Counted from the first letter of the stretch, positions 17,653-27,469 are shown. The stretch: DNA of 47,872 nucleotides from Nocardioides sp. (GCA_039914485.1 JBDSPC010000085.1:1-47872), one strand, 5' to 3'. The notes: generated from the sequence alone by a model not told the origin. Program-made: numbers and translations.

Positions 17653-18762
17653 ATGGAGGCCAGCCCGCTCGATCGCCTCGACCGGGCCTGGTCGAGGGGT
17701 CGTACGTCGCTGGGCACTCGCGCGGAGCGACTGCGCTCGAAGTCCTTCGCGATCGTGCAGTGCTCGCTGGCAGCGGGCGTGGCCTGGCTGATCGCCAAGG
17801 ACCTGCTCGGTCACGACACCCCGTTCTTCGCCCCGATCGCGGCGGTCGTGAGCCTCGGCACGTCCTACGGCCAGCGGCTGCGCCGGGTCGCGGAGGTGAC
17901 GGTCGGAGTGGCCGTCGGCGTGCTCCTGGGCGACCTGCTCGTGGTCTGGCTCGGCTCGGGCTGGTGGCAGATCGCGCTGGTCGTGGCGGTCGCGATGTCG
18001 GCGGCGTTCCTGCTCGACGGCGGGCCGCTGCTGGTCACCCAGGCCGCCGTCCAGTCGATCGTCGTCACCACCCTGATCGTCAGCCCCGGCGGTGCCCTGA
18101 CGCGGTGGACCGATGCGCTGGTCGGTGGTGCGGTCGCGCTCGTCGCCGCGACGGTGGTGCCGGCCGCTGCCCTGCGCCGACCACGCGAACAGGCCGCAAA
18201 GGTGCTGCGCAAGGAGGCCGAGATGCTGCGTGCTGCCGCCGACGTGATGATCGGCGGCGACCTCGACCGGGCGCTCGACCTGCTCGCCGACGCCCGCTCC
18301 ACCGACTACCTCATCGCCGAGCTGCGCAGCGCGGCCGACGAGGGCCTCGCCGTCGTCGCCTCCTCGCCGTTCCGGGTCCGGCACAAGCCGGGCGTCCGCC
18401 GGATGGCGGAGCTCGTGGAGCCGCTCGACCGATCGCTGCGGAGCACCCGGGTCCTGATGAGGTACGTCGCGCTGGCGGCGTACAAGCGAAAGCCGGTCCC
18501 GCCCGGCTATCCGCTGGTGGCCCGCGAGCTCGCCGCGGCCGTCGACCTGGTCGCCGACGAGCTGCACGCGGACCGGATGGCAGTCGCAGCACAGCCCGCG
18601 CTGATCGCGGTCGGGATGGCGACCTCCGAGCTGCCGCGCGAGGAGGCACTGTCGGTCGAGGTGATGCTCGCGCAGCTGCGCGCGGTGGTCACCGACCTGC
18701 TGATGCTGACCGGCATGGGGCAGCTGGAGTCGACGGACGCGATCCCACCGCCACGGGTCTGA
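17653..18762 (+). CDS. FUSC / aromatic acid exporter family membrane protein
   Basis: QCSLAAGVAW..PFFAPIAAVVSLG..QRLRR..QAAVQSI..DALVGG. Confidence 0.85.
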   Translation: MEASPLDRLDRAWSRGRTSLGTRAERLRSKSFAIVQCSLAAGVAWLIAKDLLGHDTPFFAPIAAVVSLGTSYGQRLRRVAEVTVGVAVGVLLGDLLVVWLGSGWWQIALVVAVAMSAAFLLDGGPLLVTQAAVQSIVVTTLIVSPGGALTRWTDALVGGAVALVAATVVPAAALRRPREQAAKVLRKEAEMLRAAADVMIGGDLDRALDLLADARSTDYLIAELRSAADEGLAVVASSPFRVRHKPGVRRMAELVEPLDRSLRSTRVLMRYVALAAYKRKPVPPGYPLVARELAAAVDLVADELHADRMAVAAQPALIAVGMATSELPREEALSVEVMLAQLRAVVTDLLMLTGMGQLESTDAIPPPRV

Positions 18763-18767
18763 CTCGG

Positions 18768-19907
18768 TTAGAGAGAGGCGCGGAGCTCTGCCACCACAGA
18801 GTCGACCACGGCCACCAGGTCGCCACCGGTGGCGGCGGCCACCGCGCGCTGGCGCTGGTAGGAGGCGCCCTTGCGGGGGATGTCCGCCACCGCGCGCAGC
18901 TCGTCCTCGCAGTCGAGCCGCTTCGCGAGCGGGCTGAGGCGCTCGAGCAGGTCGTCGAGGTCGTCGGTGACCAGCCGTTCGCTGGACTTCTCGTCGAGGA
19001 TCACGATCGCGTCGAGGCCGTAGCGGGCGGCGCGCCACTTGTTCTCCTGCACGTGCCACGGCGGCATCGTCGGGAGCGTCTCGCCCGCGGCCAGGCGGGT
19101 GTCGAGGTCGACGACGAGGCAGTGGATCAACGCGGTCAGGGACGCCAGCTCGGTGATGTCGGACATGCCGTCGCAGACGCGGTTCTCGATCGTGCCGAGG
19201 TGGGGCGCCGGCCGGATGTCCCAGCGCACGTCGGACATCGAGTCGATCACGCCGGTCGTCGCCTGGTCGGCGATGCAGGCCTCGAACTCCTGCCAGGTGT
19301 CGAACGTGAACGGCAGGCCTGCCGTCGGCAGCTGCTGGAACATCTGCGACCGGTTGGACGCATAGCCGGTGTCGAGCCCGGCCCAGATCGGCGAGCTCGC
19401 CGACAGGGCCAGCAGGTGCGGGTAGGTGTTGAGCATCGAAGACATGATCGGCATCACCCGGTCCTGCGAGGGCAGGCCGACGTGCACGTGCACGCCCCAG
19501 ATCAGCATCTGCCGGCCCCACCACTGGGTGCGGTTGATCAGCTCCTCGTAGCGCACGCCCTCGGTCAGCTGCTGCGCCGACCAGCTCGCGAACGGGTGCG
19601 TGCCCGAGCCGAGCAGGTCCACGCCGAGCTCGTCCGCCGCCGGCACGACCACCGCGAGGGTCTCGCGCAGGTCGGCGACGGCCTCGGCCACCGACGTACA
19701 GATGCCCGTCACGACCTCGACCGTGTTGCGCAGCAGCTCCTTGTGCAGGCGTGACGGATCGACGAGCTCGGGGCTCGCGGCGGCGAAGAGGTCGGCCGCG
19801 GTGTTGGACAGGTCGCGCGTCTCGCGATCGACGAGTGCGAACTCCCACTCGACCCCGATCGTCGGCTGCGGCGACGCCTGGAACTCGATGGGGAAGTCGA
19901 TGTGCAC
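18768..19907 (-). CDS. Glutamate--cysteine ligase 2 (YbdK-type carboxylate-amine ligase)
   Basis: TIGVEWEFALVD, KELLRNTVE, GTHPF, WGVHVHVG, LLALSASSP, RWDIRP, ENKWRAARYG; TACGAT-N6-GTG at 19907. Confidence 0.9.
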   Translation of the reverse strand: MHIDFPIEFQASPQPTIGVEWEFALVDRETRDLSNTAADLFAAASPELVDPSRLHKELLRNTVEVVTGICTSVAEAVADLRETLAVVVPAADELGVDLLGSGTHPFASWSAQQLTEGVRYEELINRTQWWGRQMLIWGVHVHVGLPSQDRVMPIMSSMLNTYPHLLALSASSPIWAGLDTGYASNRSQMFQQLPTAGLPFTFDTWQEFEACIADQATTGVIDSMSDVRWDIRPAPHLGTIENRVCDGMSDITELASLTALIHCLVVDLDTRLAAGETLPTMPPWHVQENKWRAARYGLDAIVILDEKSSERLVTDDLDDLLERLSPLAKRLDCEDELRAVADIPRKGASYQRQRAVAAATGGDLVAVVDSVVAELRASL

Positions 19908-19973
19908 GTGCTCATCGTAGGGACGAGCGGCGCCGTGCGCGTCACCCGCGAAGGGGGGTGCGAGCATGGGCGC

Positions 19974-21311
19974 GTGGTGGACGATCCGCGCGAGCTCAAC
20001 CTGACCATCGACCTGTGCCTGCGCATCGGCGAGGTGCTGTTGTCGTCGGGCGCCGGCGCGGCCGACGTGACCGCGACGATGCTATCCGTCGCGTCGCACC
20101 TCGGGCTGCGGCACCCGGAGGTCGACGTGACCTTCACGTCGCTGTCGATGAGTCACCAGACCTCGCCCGAGGACCCGGCGGTGCTGATGATCCGCAACGT
20201 CAAGCACCGCGACATCGACTACGCCGACCTCACCCAGGTCGACCACCTGGTGCGCGACGTGCTCGCCGACCAGCTCGACCTCTACCTCGCGCGCACCCGG
20301 ATGGCCACGATCCTCTCGACCGGCCACCCCTGGCCGCGCTGGTCGGTCACCCTGGCCTGGGGCGTGATGTGCGCGAGCGTCGCCGTCTTCCTCGGCGGTG
20401 ACTGGTTGATCGCGCTGATCGCGTCGGCCGCGGCAATGACGATCGACCAGCTGCAGCTGGTGCTGTCGCGCCGACGCCTGCCGACGTTCTACCTCCAGGT
20501 CGCCGGCGGCATGGTCGCGACGCTGTTCGCGGTCGGGCTGGCGGCCACGCCGCTCAAGGCCGACCTGTCGCTCGTCGTGACCGCCAACATCGTGATGCTG
20601 CTGGCCGGGATCGGCTTCATGGGCGCCATCCAGGACGCGCTGACCGGCTTCTACGTCACCAGCGGCGCGCGCGTGATCGAGGCGCTGCTGGCCACCGCCG
20701 GGATCATCGCCGGGGTCAGCGGCGGCCTCTCGATCGCCGACGTGCTGGGTGTCAACCTCGGCCAGCTCGTGCCCGGGCGCAATCTCGGCAACCACGTGCT
20801 CATCGCGGTCGTGGGAGCGGCGGTGTCCGCGGCCGCCTTCGCGTTCGCCTGCTACGCCCCGCGTCGCGCACTGTTGCCGATCGCCGCCACGGCCGGGGTG
20901 GCGACGCTGCTCAACGCCGTGGTCAGCGAGACCGGTTTCGGTCGCACGTGGGCGGCAGCGGTCGGTGCGTTCACGATCGGCGTGGTGGCGTACGGCGTCG
21001 CCGGTCGGTTCCGGGTGCCACCCCTCGTCGTCGCTGTCTCCTCGATCGTGCCGCTGCTTCCCGGCCTCTCGATCTACCGCGGGCTCTCGCTGCTCGCCGC
21101 CGGCGGCTCCGGCACCTCGCAGGGCATCGTCGCGATGATGACGGCCGCGTCCGTCGCGGTCGCGCTGGCGTCCGGCGTGATCCTGGGGGAGTACCTCGCC
21201 CAGCCGTTGAAGCGCGAGACCCGCCGCCTCGAGTCGAGGCTCGCCGGGCCGCGGCTGGTCGGGCCGTTCCGCGCGAACCGACGGGAGACGAAGGCCGACC
21301 GGGTCACCTGA
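19974..21311 (+). CDS. Threonine/serine exporter (ThrE family)
   Basis: LRIGEVLLSSGAGAADV, AIQDALTGFYVT, PLLPGLSIYRG; multiple TM; start approximate. Confidence 0.88.
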   Translation: MVDDPRELNLTIDLCLRIGEVLLSSGAGAADVTATMLSVASHLGLRHPEVDVTFTSLSMSHQTSPEDPAVLMIRNVKHRDIDYADLTQVDHLVRDVLADQLDLYLARTRMATILSTGHPWPRWSVTLAWGVMCASVAVFLGGDWLIALIASAAAMTIDQLQLVLSRRRLPTFYLQVAGGMVATLFAVGLAATPLKADLSLVVTANIVMLLAGIGFMGAIQDALTGFYVTSGARVIEALLATAGIIAGVSGGLSIADVLGVNLGQLVPGRNLGNHVLIAVVGAAVSAAAFAFACYAPRRALLPIAATAGVATLLNAVVSETGFGRTWAAAVGAFTIGVVAYGVAGRFRVPPLVVAVSSIVPLLPGLSIYRGLSLLAAGGSGTSQGIVAMMTAASVAVALASGVILGEYLAQPLKRETRRLESRLAGPRLVGPFRANRRETKADRVT

Positions 21312-21867
21312 GCCTGCTGAGCTCCTCGAGCCAGGGCAGGTGCGCCTTCTGGTCGTACGGCGCCACGCGGTCCTGCACCGCGTCGAACAGCTCGTCCGCG
21401 CTGGCGCGAGCGGCGGCGATCACGTCGGCCGGGTAGCCGAAGGACACTTGGTGCTCGAGGAACTCGTCCTCGTCGTCGATCACCACCTCGCCCGGCCCGG
21501 CCACCTTGGCCATCGGGTCGGTGGGGGACAGATCGGCCGCCATCCTGATCACGTCCAGGTCCAGGTCCACGGCCCGCAGCACGCGCCCGTCCCAGGTGGG
21601 TGGTGCGGTCACATCGATGTAGGTGTCGCACCAGAGCCCGGGACCCTGGAAGGTCGCCACCCAGTAGGCGTCCCGCGACACCAGGGTGACCGCGTCGACC
21701 GCCGAGTCGAACGCATGGCCCGGCCGGGAGTTGTGGGTGCCGGCCGGGAAGCCCAGCCACTCGCCGTACGAATCTGAACCGAGGAAGACGCCGTCGAACT
21801 CCCAGTGCGGCCGGTCGCCCCACTTGGTCATCTCGACGCGGATCGGGTCACCGGGAGCGTGGGTCAT
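21304..21867 (-). CDS. DUF402 family protein
   Basis: KWGDRPHWE, YIDVTAPP, VDLDLDV, IDDEDEFLEH; TAACGT-N7-ATG. Confidence 0.82.
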   Translation of the reverse strand: MTHAPGDPIRVEMTKWGDRPHWEFDGVFLGSDSYGEWLGFPAGTHNSRPGHAFDSAVDAVTLVSRDAYWVATFQGPGLWCDTYIDVTAPPTWDGRVLRAVDLDLDVIRMAADLSPTDPMAKVAGPGEVVIDDEDEFLEHQVSFGYPADVIAAARASADELFDAVQDRVAPYDQKAHLPWLEELSRLR

Positions 21868-21877
21868 GCGGGGGACG

Positions 21878-22705
21878 TTAGCGAGTGACGCGGGGCGCGA
21901 GGAACGCGACGACGTCCTGGTAGCGCGAGCCGACGATCTTGGCGAAGTGGTGCATCAGATGGGCGTCGAGGCCGACAAGCACGCGCGCCTGGCCGGAGAG
22001 TGCGCCCTTGAGGATGATCGCGGCGGCCTTGTCGGCGGGCATGCGGGCCAGCTTCTGGTCGAACAGCTCGGACAGCTTCGCGTGGTCCTCGCCGGTCGTG
22101 GTGCGACCGTTGCGGGCGATGCCGGTCTTGATCCCGCCGGGGTGGACGCTGGTGACCGTCACGGGGTGGCGGTTGATCAGCATCTCCTCGCGCAGTGCCT
22201 CGGTGAAGCCCCGCACGGCGTACTTCGTGGCGTTGTAGGCGGTCTGGCCGGGCATCGAGATCAGCCCGAAGAGCGAGGAGATGTTGACGAGTGCGCCGTT
22301 GCCCGAGGCGATCAGGTGCGGCAGGAACTCCTTGGTGCCGTTGACGACGCCGTCGAAGTTGACCCCGACGATCCAGTCGAACTCCTCGTAGCTCATGTCC
22401 TCGAAGTCGCCGGTCATCGAGACGCCGGCGTTGTTGACGACGAGGTTGACGCGCCCGAACTGGCCGACGACGTCGACCGCCCACTGCACCATCGCGGCCC
22501 GGTCGGAGACGTCGATGACGTCGCTGCGCACCTCGGCGCCGAGGGCCTTGACGATGTCGACCGTCTCGGCGAGGCCGTCGGGGTTCCAGTCGGAGATCGC
22601 GAGCAGCGCGCCCTGCTGGGCGGCCTGCCGGGCGAGCTCGCGGCCCATCCCGGAGCCGGCGCCGGTGATGACGACGACCTTGTCGTTCAGGCTCTTGATG
22701 CTCAT
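21878..22705 (-). CDS. Short-chain dehydrogenase/reductase
   Basis: VITGAGSGMG, NNAG, NISS, YNATK; start ATG 22705. Confidence 0.92.
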   Translation of the reverse strand: MSIKSLNDKVVVITGAGSGMGRELARQAAQQGALLAISDWNPDGLAETVDIVKALGAEVRSDVIDVSDRAAMVQWAVDVVGQFGRVNLVVNNAGVSMTGDFEDMSYEEFDWIVGVNFDGVVNGTKEFLPHLIASGNGALVNISSLFGLISMPGQTAYNATKYAVRGFTEALREEMLINRHPVTVTSVHPGGIKTGIARNGRTTTGEDHAKLSELFDQKLARMPADKAAAIILKGALSGQARVLVGLDAHLMHHFAKIVGSRYQDVVAFLAPRVTR

Positions 22706-22785
22706 GCACGTACTCGCTTCGCTCCGTGCGCGCATGAGGCACCATCCGCGCTGTGTTGATTGATTCGCTCGCTCCGCTCGCTCAT
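22702..22785 (-). repeat. MIRU-like interspersed unit encoding the 27-aa mini-ORF MSERSERINQHSADGASCAHGAKRVRA
   Basis: Its ATG overlaps the monooxygenase stop (ATGA) and its TGA overlaps the SDR start (ATGA); contains GAGCGAGCGGAGCGAGCGA and GGAGCGAAGCGA motifs. Confidence 0.7.
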
Positions 22786-24290
22786 GCGTTGGCTCCTTCG
22801 ATGATGCGCGCGGGTTCGAGGTCGTAGTTCTTCGCGTCGAAGCTCGACAGCAGGCGGCGGAAGGTGAAGGTCGCGCGCGGCCACAGGGTCACGTTCTTGC
22901 CGTGCGCGTCGAGATACCAGCTCGAGCAGCCGCCGGTGTTCCACACCGTGCGCTGCATCCGCCGCTGGATGTCGTCGTTCCACTCGTCCTGGGCGGCCTG
23001 CTGCGGCTCCATGGCGCCGACGCCCTCCGCGCGCATCGTCTTCAACGCGTCGACGATGTAGGCGAGCTGCGCCTCGATCATGACGATCATCGATGTGTGC
23101 GCGAGGCCGGTGTTGGCGCCAACCACCTGGAACAGGTTGGGGAAGCCGCGGGTCGTCGTGCCCTTGTAGGACGCCATCCCCTGGCTGGCCCAGATCTCGG
23201 AGAGCGAGGCGCCGTCACGGCCGCGGATGTGCTCGGCGATCGGCTGCTCGGTGGTCTGGAAGCCGGTGGCCACGATGAGTACGTCGATGGGTCGCTCGAC
23301 GCCGTCCGCGGTGACGATCGCGTCACCGGTGACCTTGACGATCGAGTCGGTGACGAGCTCGACGTTGTCGGCCGCGAGGGCGGGGTAGTAGGTGTTGGAG
23401 ATCAGGATCCGCTTGCAGCCGATCTGGTAGTCCGGCGTCACCTTCGCGCGCAGGCCGTGGTCCTTGATCCCCTTCGCGATGTTGCCCAGCGCCAGCTTCT
23501 TCGCCGGCGCGGCCAGCGCGGGCTTCCACACGAAGCCGGGCACGTAGAGCTCGCGCGCCCAGTAGATCCCCGTGCGCAGCGCCCATTGCAGGCCGGGAAC
23601 GCTCTTGAAGAGCAGCTGCTCGACGCCGGAGTAGCGGTGCTCGTTGCGTGGGATGACGTACGGCGCCGTGCGCTGGTAGACGTCGAGGTGCTCCACGTCG
23701 GGCTGGATCGTCGGCACGATCTGGATGCTGGAGGCACCCGTGCCGATGACCGCGACCCGCTTGCCGGTGAGGTCGACGTCGTGGTTCCAGCGGGCGGAGT
23801 GGAAGACCTCGCCCTGGAAGGTCTCGATGCCGTCGATGTCGGGCATCTTCGGCACGGACAGCCCACCGGACCCGGAGATCAGGGTCTTCGCGGCGATCTC
23901 ACCGCGGCTCGTGGTGACGTGCCAGCGCTGGTCGGTCTCGTCCCAGCGGGCATCGGTCACTTCGGTGTCGAAGGCGAACCGGTCGAGCGTGCCCGACTTC
24001 TGCGCGAGCCCGACGAGGTAAGCCTCGATCTCGGGCTGCGGCGAGAAGGACATCGACCAGTTCGGGTTGGGCGCGAAGCTGAACGAGTAGAGCTGGCTCG
24101 GGACGTCGCACGCTGCGCCGGGGTAGGTGTTCACCCGCCACGTGCCGCCGATGCCGCCGTCCTTCTCGATCACCAGGAAGTCGTCCTCGCCGGCCTCGGC
24201 CAGCTTGATCGCCGTACCCAGACCGGCGAAGCCGGCACCGATGACGAGGTGGTCGACGGATGCGGGCAGCGTTGTCTTGCTCGGTGTCAT
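22782..24290 (-). CDS. Flavin-containing (Baeyer-Villiger-type) monooxygenase
   Basis: GAGFAG, GGTWRVNTYPGAACD, FQGEVFHSARW (FxGxxxHxxxW), GTGASSIQ, ATGF. Confidence 0.93.
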   Translation of the reverse strand: MTPSKTTLPASVDHLVIGAGFAGLGTAIKLAEAGEDDFLVIEKDGGIGGTWRVNTYPGAACDVPSQLYSFSFAPNPNWSMSFSPQPEIEAYLVGLAQKSGTLDRFAFDTEVTDARWDETDQRWHVTTSRGEIAAKTLISGSGGLSVPKMPDIDGIETFQGEVFHSARWNHDVDLTGKRVAVIGTGASSIQIVPTIQPDVEHLDVYQRTAPYVIPRNEHRYSGVEQLLFKSVPGLQWALRTGIYWARELYVPGFVWKPALAAPAKKLALGNIAKGIKDHGLRAKVTPDYQIGCKRILISNTYYPALAADNVELVTDSIVKVTGDAIVTADGVERPIDVLIVATGFQTTEQPIAEHIRGRDGASLSEIWASQGMASYKGTTTRGFPNLFQVVGANTGLAHTSMIVMIEAQLAYIVDALKTMRAEGVGAMEPQQAAQDEWNDDIQRRMQRTVWNTGGCSSWYLDAHGKNVTLWPRATFTFRRLLSSFDAKNYDLEPARIIEGANA

Positions 24291-24296
24291 GAGGAA

Positions 24297-24332
24297 AGGG
24301 TATTGGCTTTATTGAATATCCGTCAATAGGAT
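24297..24332. promoter_or_regulatory. Divergent promoters with a putative TetR operator
   Basis: IR TATTGA-N7-TCAATA at 24310-24328; TAGGAT-N6-GTG toward tetR and TACCCT-N6-ATG (minus strand) toward the monooxygenase. Confidence 0.6.
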
Positions 24333-24338
24333 GGGCGT

Positions 24339-24932
24339 GTGAAGATTCGTGGCGTGCGCACCCGCCTCTCGCCCGACGCCCGTCGCGCCCAGTTGCTCGA
24401 GCTCGGTGCCCACCTCTTCGCGACCCGCTCGGTCGACGAGATCTCCATCGACGTGCTCGCCGAGGAGGCCGGCATCTCCCGCGGCCTGATCTACCACTAC
24501 TTCGGCTCGAAGCAGGACTTCCGCCTGGCCGTCATCCGGCACGCCGTCGAGGACCTCGTCGAGCAGACCGCACCGCCGGCCGACGGCGAGCCGCTCGAGC
24601 GGATGTTGATCTCCCTGGGTGTGTACGTCGACTACGTGCTCGCCAACCTGACGCTCTACCGCTCCCTGGTGCGGGCCGCCGCGGGTGGCACCGACGAGAT
24701 CCGCGCGCTCTACGACGAGGGCCGCTTCGCGCTCACCGACCGCATCTTCCGCGAGGACGCCGCGGGCGAGATCCTCACCGACACCCCCCAGGCCCGGCTG
24801 GTCGTGCGTGGGTGGTCGGCGATGGCCGAGGAGATGGTGCTGACCTGGGCCGACGACCCGTCGGTGATGTCGCGCGACGAGCTGCTGTCCGTGCTGGCCC
24901 TGTCCCTGCCGGCGGTCGTCGACCTCACCTGA
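24339..24932 (+). CDS. TetR/AcrR family transcriptional regulator
   Basis: RRAQLL..ISIDVLAEEAGISRGLIYHYFGSK HTH. Confidence 0.92.
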   Translation: MKIRGVRTRLSPDARRAQLLELGAHLFATRSVDEISIDVLAEEAGISRGLIYHYFGSKQDFRLAVIRHAVEDLVEQTAPPADGEPLERMLISLGVYVDYVLANLTLYRSLVRAAAGGTDEIRALYDEGRFALTDRIFREDAAGEILTDTPQARLVVRGWSAMAEEMVLTWADDPSVMSRDELLSVLALSLPAVVDLT

Positions 24933-26289
24933 GGCGTACGGCGAACGACGTGTCGCCAGGCTTGCTGGCCAGCGTCACGCTGCCCCCGTGGGCGCTGACG
25001 ATCGCGTCCACGAGTGCGAGGCCGAGCCCGACACCGCCGGTGCTGGTGCGGGCCTCGTCGGCCCGGATGAACCGCTCGAAGGCGTGGTCGACCAGCTCCG
25101 CCGGGAAGCCGGGGCCGTCGTCGTGCACCACGAACCCGTCGGGGGTCGCGGTCACCGTCACCGTGGTGCCTGCGGGCGTGTGCTTGCGGGCGTTGGTCAG
25201 CAGGTTCGTCGCCACCTGGTGGAGTCGCTGCTCGTCGCCGCGGACCTCGACCGGCTCGTCGGGCAGCACCAGGCGCCACGTGTGGTCCGGCCCGATGACG
25301 CGGGCGTCGCCGACGGCCTCGAGCAGCAGCTTGGTCAGGTCGACCGTGTCGTCGGCGAGCGGGCGCCCCGAGTCGAGGCGGGCGAGCAGGAGCAGGTCCT
25401 CCACGAGCGAGGTCATCCGGGCCGACTCCGACTCGACCTTGCCGAGCGCGGTGGCGAGCGCGGCGGGCTGGCGACGCGCGAGCTCGGTGTAGCCGGCGAT
25501 CGTGGCCAGCGGCGTGCGCAGCTCGTGGCTCGCGTCGGCGACGAACTGGCGCACCTGCTGCTCGCTGCGGTGCCTCACCGCGAGGGAGGTCTCGACGTGG
25601 TCGAGCAGGGTGTTCAGCGCCGAGCCGACCTGGCCGACCTCGTTGCGCTCGTCGGTGAGCCGCTCGGGGACGCGGGCCGACATGTCGATCGCACCCTCCG
25701 ACAGCGGCAGCTCCGCCACGGCGTGCGCTGTCGCGGCTACCTCCCGGAGAGGAGCCAGCTGGCGGCGTACGACGAAAGTGCCGGCGCCGGCGGCGGCGAG
25801 GATCCCGAGCAGCACGAAGGCCGTCTCGGCCGCGATCAGGGAGACGACGGAGTCGTCCACCTCGCCGGTGGGCAGACCGATGACGAGCCGACCCTGCTCC
25901 GTGTTGACGGCGGTGACGCGGTAGCTCCCGAAGTCGCCCTGGATGGTGTGGACCCTGCCATCGATGGGGACCTGGCCGGCGTCCGTGATCGCTTCCGCGG
26001 AGAGCACCTCGTTGTCGCCACGGCGATTGCCGAGCACGATGGCTTCATCGCTGTCGGCCACCAGCGTCCCCGGCGGCTGGTTGCCGATCATGTTCATGTC
26101 GGGCCTGGGGCCGAACGGGCCGGGGCCGTCGGCGCGACTGATGGAGGCGAGCACGTCGTCGTCGAGCTGGTCGTTCAGGTAGCTCCGCATCGCCAGCGTC
26201 GTCGCCAGCGCGACCAGGATCGAGGTGAGCGCGAGCATCCCGACCGCCGTGAGGACGAGCCGTGCGGTCAGGGTGCGGAACCTGTTCAC
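24925..26289 (-). CDS. HAMP-domain sensor histidine kinase
   Basis: FVADASHELRTPL H-box, NLLTNARKH, DDGPG, FERF, GLGLALV. Confidence 0.93.
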   Translation of the reverse strand: MNRFRTLTARLVLTAVGMLALTSILVALATTLAMRSYLNDQLDDDVLASISRADGPGPFGPRPDMNMIGNQPPGTLVADSDEAIVLGNRRGDNEVLSAEAITDAGQVPIDGRVHTIQGDFGSYRVTAVNTEQGRLVIGLPTGEVDDSVVSLIAAETAFVLLGILAAAGAGTFVVRRQLAPLREVAATAHAVAELPLSEGAIDMSARVPERLTDERNEVGQVGSALNTLLDHVETSLAVRHRSEQQVRQFVADASHELRTPLATIAGYTELARRQPAALATALGKVESESARMTSLVEDLLLLARLDSGRPLADDTVDLTKLLLEAVGDARVIGPDHTWRLVLPDEPVEVRGDEQRLHQVATNLLTNARKHTPAGTTVTVTATPDGFVVHDDGPGFPAELVDHAFERFIRADEARTSTGGVGLGLALVDAIVSAHGGSVTLASKPGDTSFAVRLR

Positions 26290-26996
26290 GGGACCGGCTT
26301 CAGGACGTAGCCCGCGCCGCGCATGGTGTGGATCATCGGCTCGCGGCCGACGTCGATCTTCTTGCGGAGGTAGGAGATGTAGAGCTCGACGACGTTGGCC
26401 TGGCCGCCGAAGTCGTACTGCCAGACGCGGTCGAGGATCTGCGCCTTGCTCAGCACCCGCCGCGGGTTGCGCATCAGGAAGCGGAGCAGCTCGAACTCGG
26501 TGGCCGTCAGGTTGATCTCGGTGCCGTCGCGGAACACCTCGCGGCTGTCCTCGTCCATGGTGAGGTCGCCGACGGCCAGCACGTTGCGCTCGGTCGCGAC
26601 GCTCGCGCCGGACCGCCGCATCAGCGCACGCAGGCGGGCCACGACCTCTTCCAGGGAGAAGGGCTTGGTGACGTAGTCGTCGCCACCGGCGGTCAGGCCG
26701 GCGACCCGGTCCTCGACGGCGTCGCGGGCGGTGAGGAAGAGGACCGGCACGTCGGGATGGGTCGCGCGCATCCGGCGCAGCACCTCGAGGCCGTCGAAGT
26801 CGGGCAGCATCATGTCGAGCACGACGGCGTCGGGCTTGACCTCGGCAGCCGTGCTGACGGCCTGCCGTCCGGTGTGGGCCATCGACACGACCCAGCCCTC
26901 GTAGCGCAATGCCATGGACAGCAGCTCCGCGATGTTGACCTCGTCGTCCACGACGAGCACCCGCACCGGACTGCCGTCCACCCTGGTCATCTCCAT
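26286..26996 (-). CDS. OmpR/PhoB-family response regulator (TcrX/PhoP-like)
   Basis: VLVVDDE, LDMMLP, FLTARD, DDYVTKPF, NVVELYISYLRKKID; GTGA overlap with the kinase; start ATG 26996. Confidence 0.93.
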   Translation of the reverse strand: MEMTRVDGSPVRVLVVDDEVNIAELLSMALRYEGWVVSMAHTGRQAVSTAAEVKPDAVVLDMMLPDFDGLEVLRRMRATHPDVPVLFLTARDAVEDRVAGLTAGGDDYVTKPFSLEEVVARLRALMRRSGASVATERNVLAVGDLTMDEDSREVFRDGTEINLTATEFELLRFLMRNPRRVLSKAQILDRVWQYDFGGQANVVELYISYLRKKIDVGREPMIHTMRGAGYVLKPVP

Positions 26997-27017
26997 GGCC
27001 TCATCCTGCACAGGGTC

Positions 27018-27100
27018 GCTGTGCGTTTGCTGTGAGGATCGTGTGTCCAACCACAGCGAGTAATCGTCGGGTCACGGCTGGCTCACAGGTTCCGGACAGG
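27018..27100. promoter_or_regulatory. Two divergent sets of 11-bp-periodic direct repeats, putative response-regulator boxes
   Basis: Minus strand TCACAGC-N4-GCACAGC (27035-27018); plus strand TCACGGC-N4-TCACAGG-N4-GGACAGG (27072-27100). Confidence 0.6.
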
Positions 27101-27121
27101 TACGGCGCGCACGCTGCTCGC

Positions 27122-27469
27122 ATGAGCGAGAACGACGAGACCCCCACCGATGCGCCGCAACCCGCGCCGGCACCTGCTTCGACACCCGCGACGGCACCCG
27201 CATCGACGCCCAGGCGCACTCTTCGCGAGAGGTTCGCCGGTACCGGCGATCGCGTGTACGGCATCCGCGGCCTGCTCGCCGCCAGCCTGGCCGCCCTCAT
27301 CGTCGGCGGCCTGGGCGGCGCCGCGATCCACGCCGCCGTCGACGGTGACCGGCACGAGCGCGGCCCCTTCTTCCGTGGTGAGCGTCCCGGAGACATGGGC
27401 CGCGAATTCGGCCATCGGTTCGGTGGTGGCGAGCGCCCTGGTCCGCCGGGCGACTCGTCCGGCTCTTAG
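27122..27469 (+). CDS. Small single-TM hypothetical protein divergent from the two-component system
   Basis: Pro/Ala-rich N-terminus, one TM (LLAASLAALIVGGLGGAAI), Gly/Arg-rich tail. Confidence 0.65.
   Translation: MSENDETPTDAPQPAPAPASTPATAPASTPRRTLRERFAGTGDRVYGIRGLLAASLAALIVGGLGGAAIHAAVDGDRHERGPFFRGERPGDMGREFGHRFGGGERPGPPGDSSGS

Noticed and set aside
17566-19848. Apparent 1229-aa protein with a long N-terminal extension on WS/DGAT
   Set aside because: The extension overlaps the FUSC and ligase genes and is Arg/Pro-rich noise; WS/DGAT homology begins at about 17565. The same applies to the extended ORFs for the endonuclease, SAS, NAGPA, methyltransferase and hrpA.
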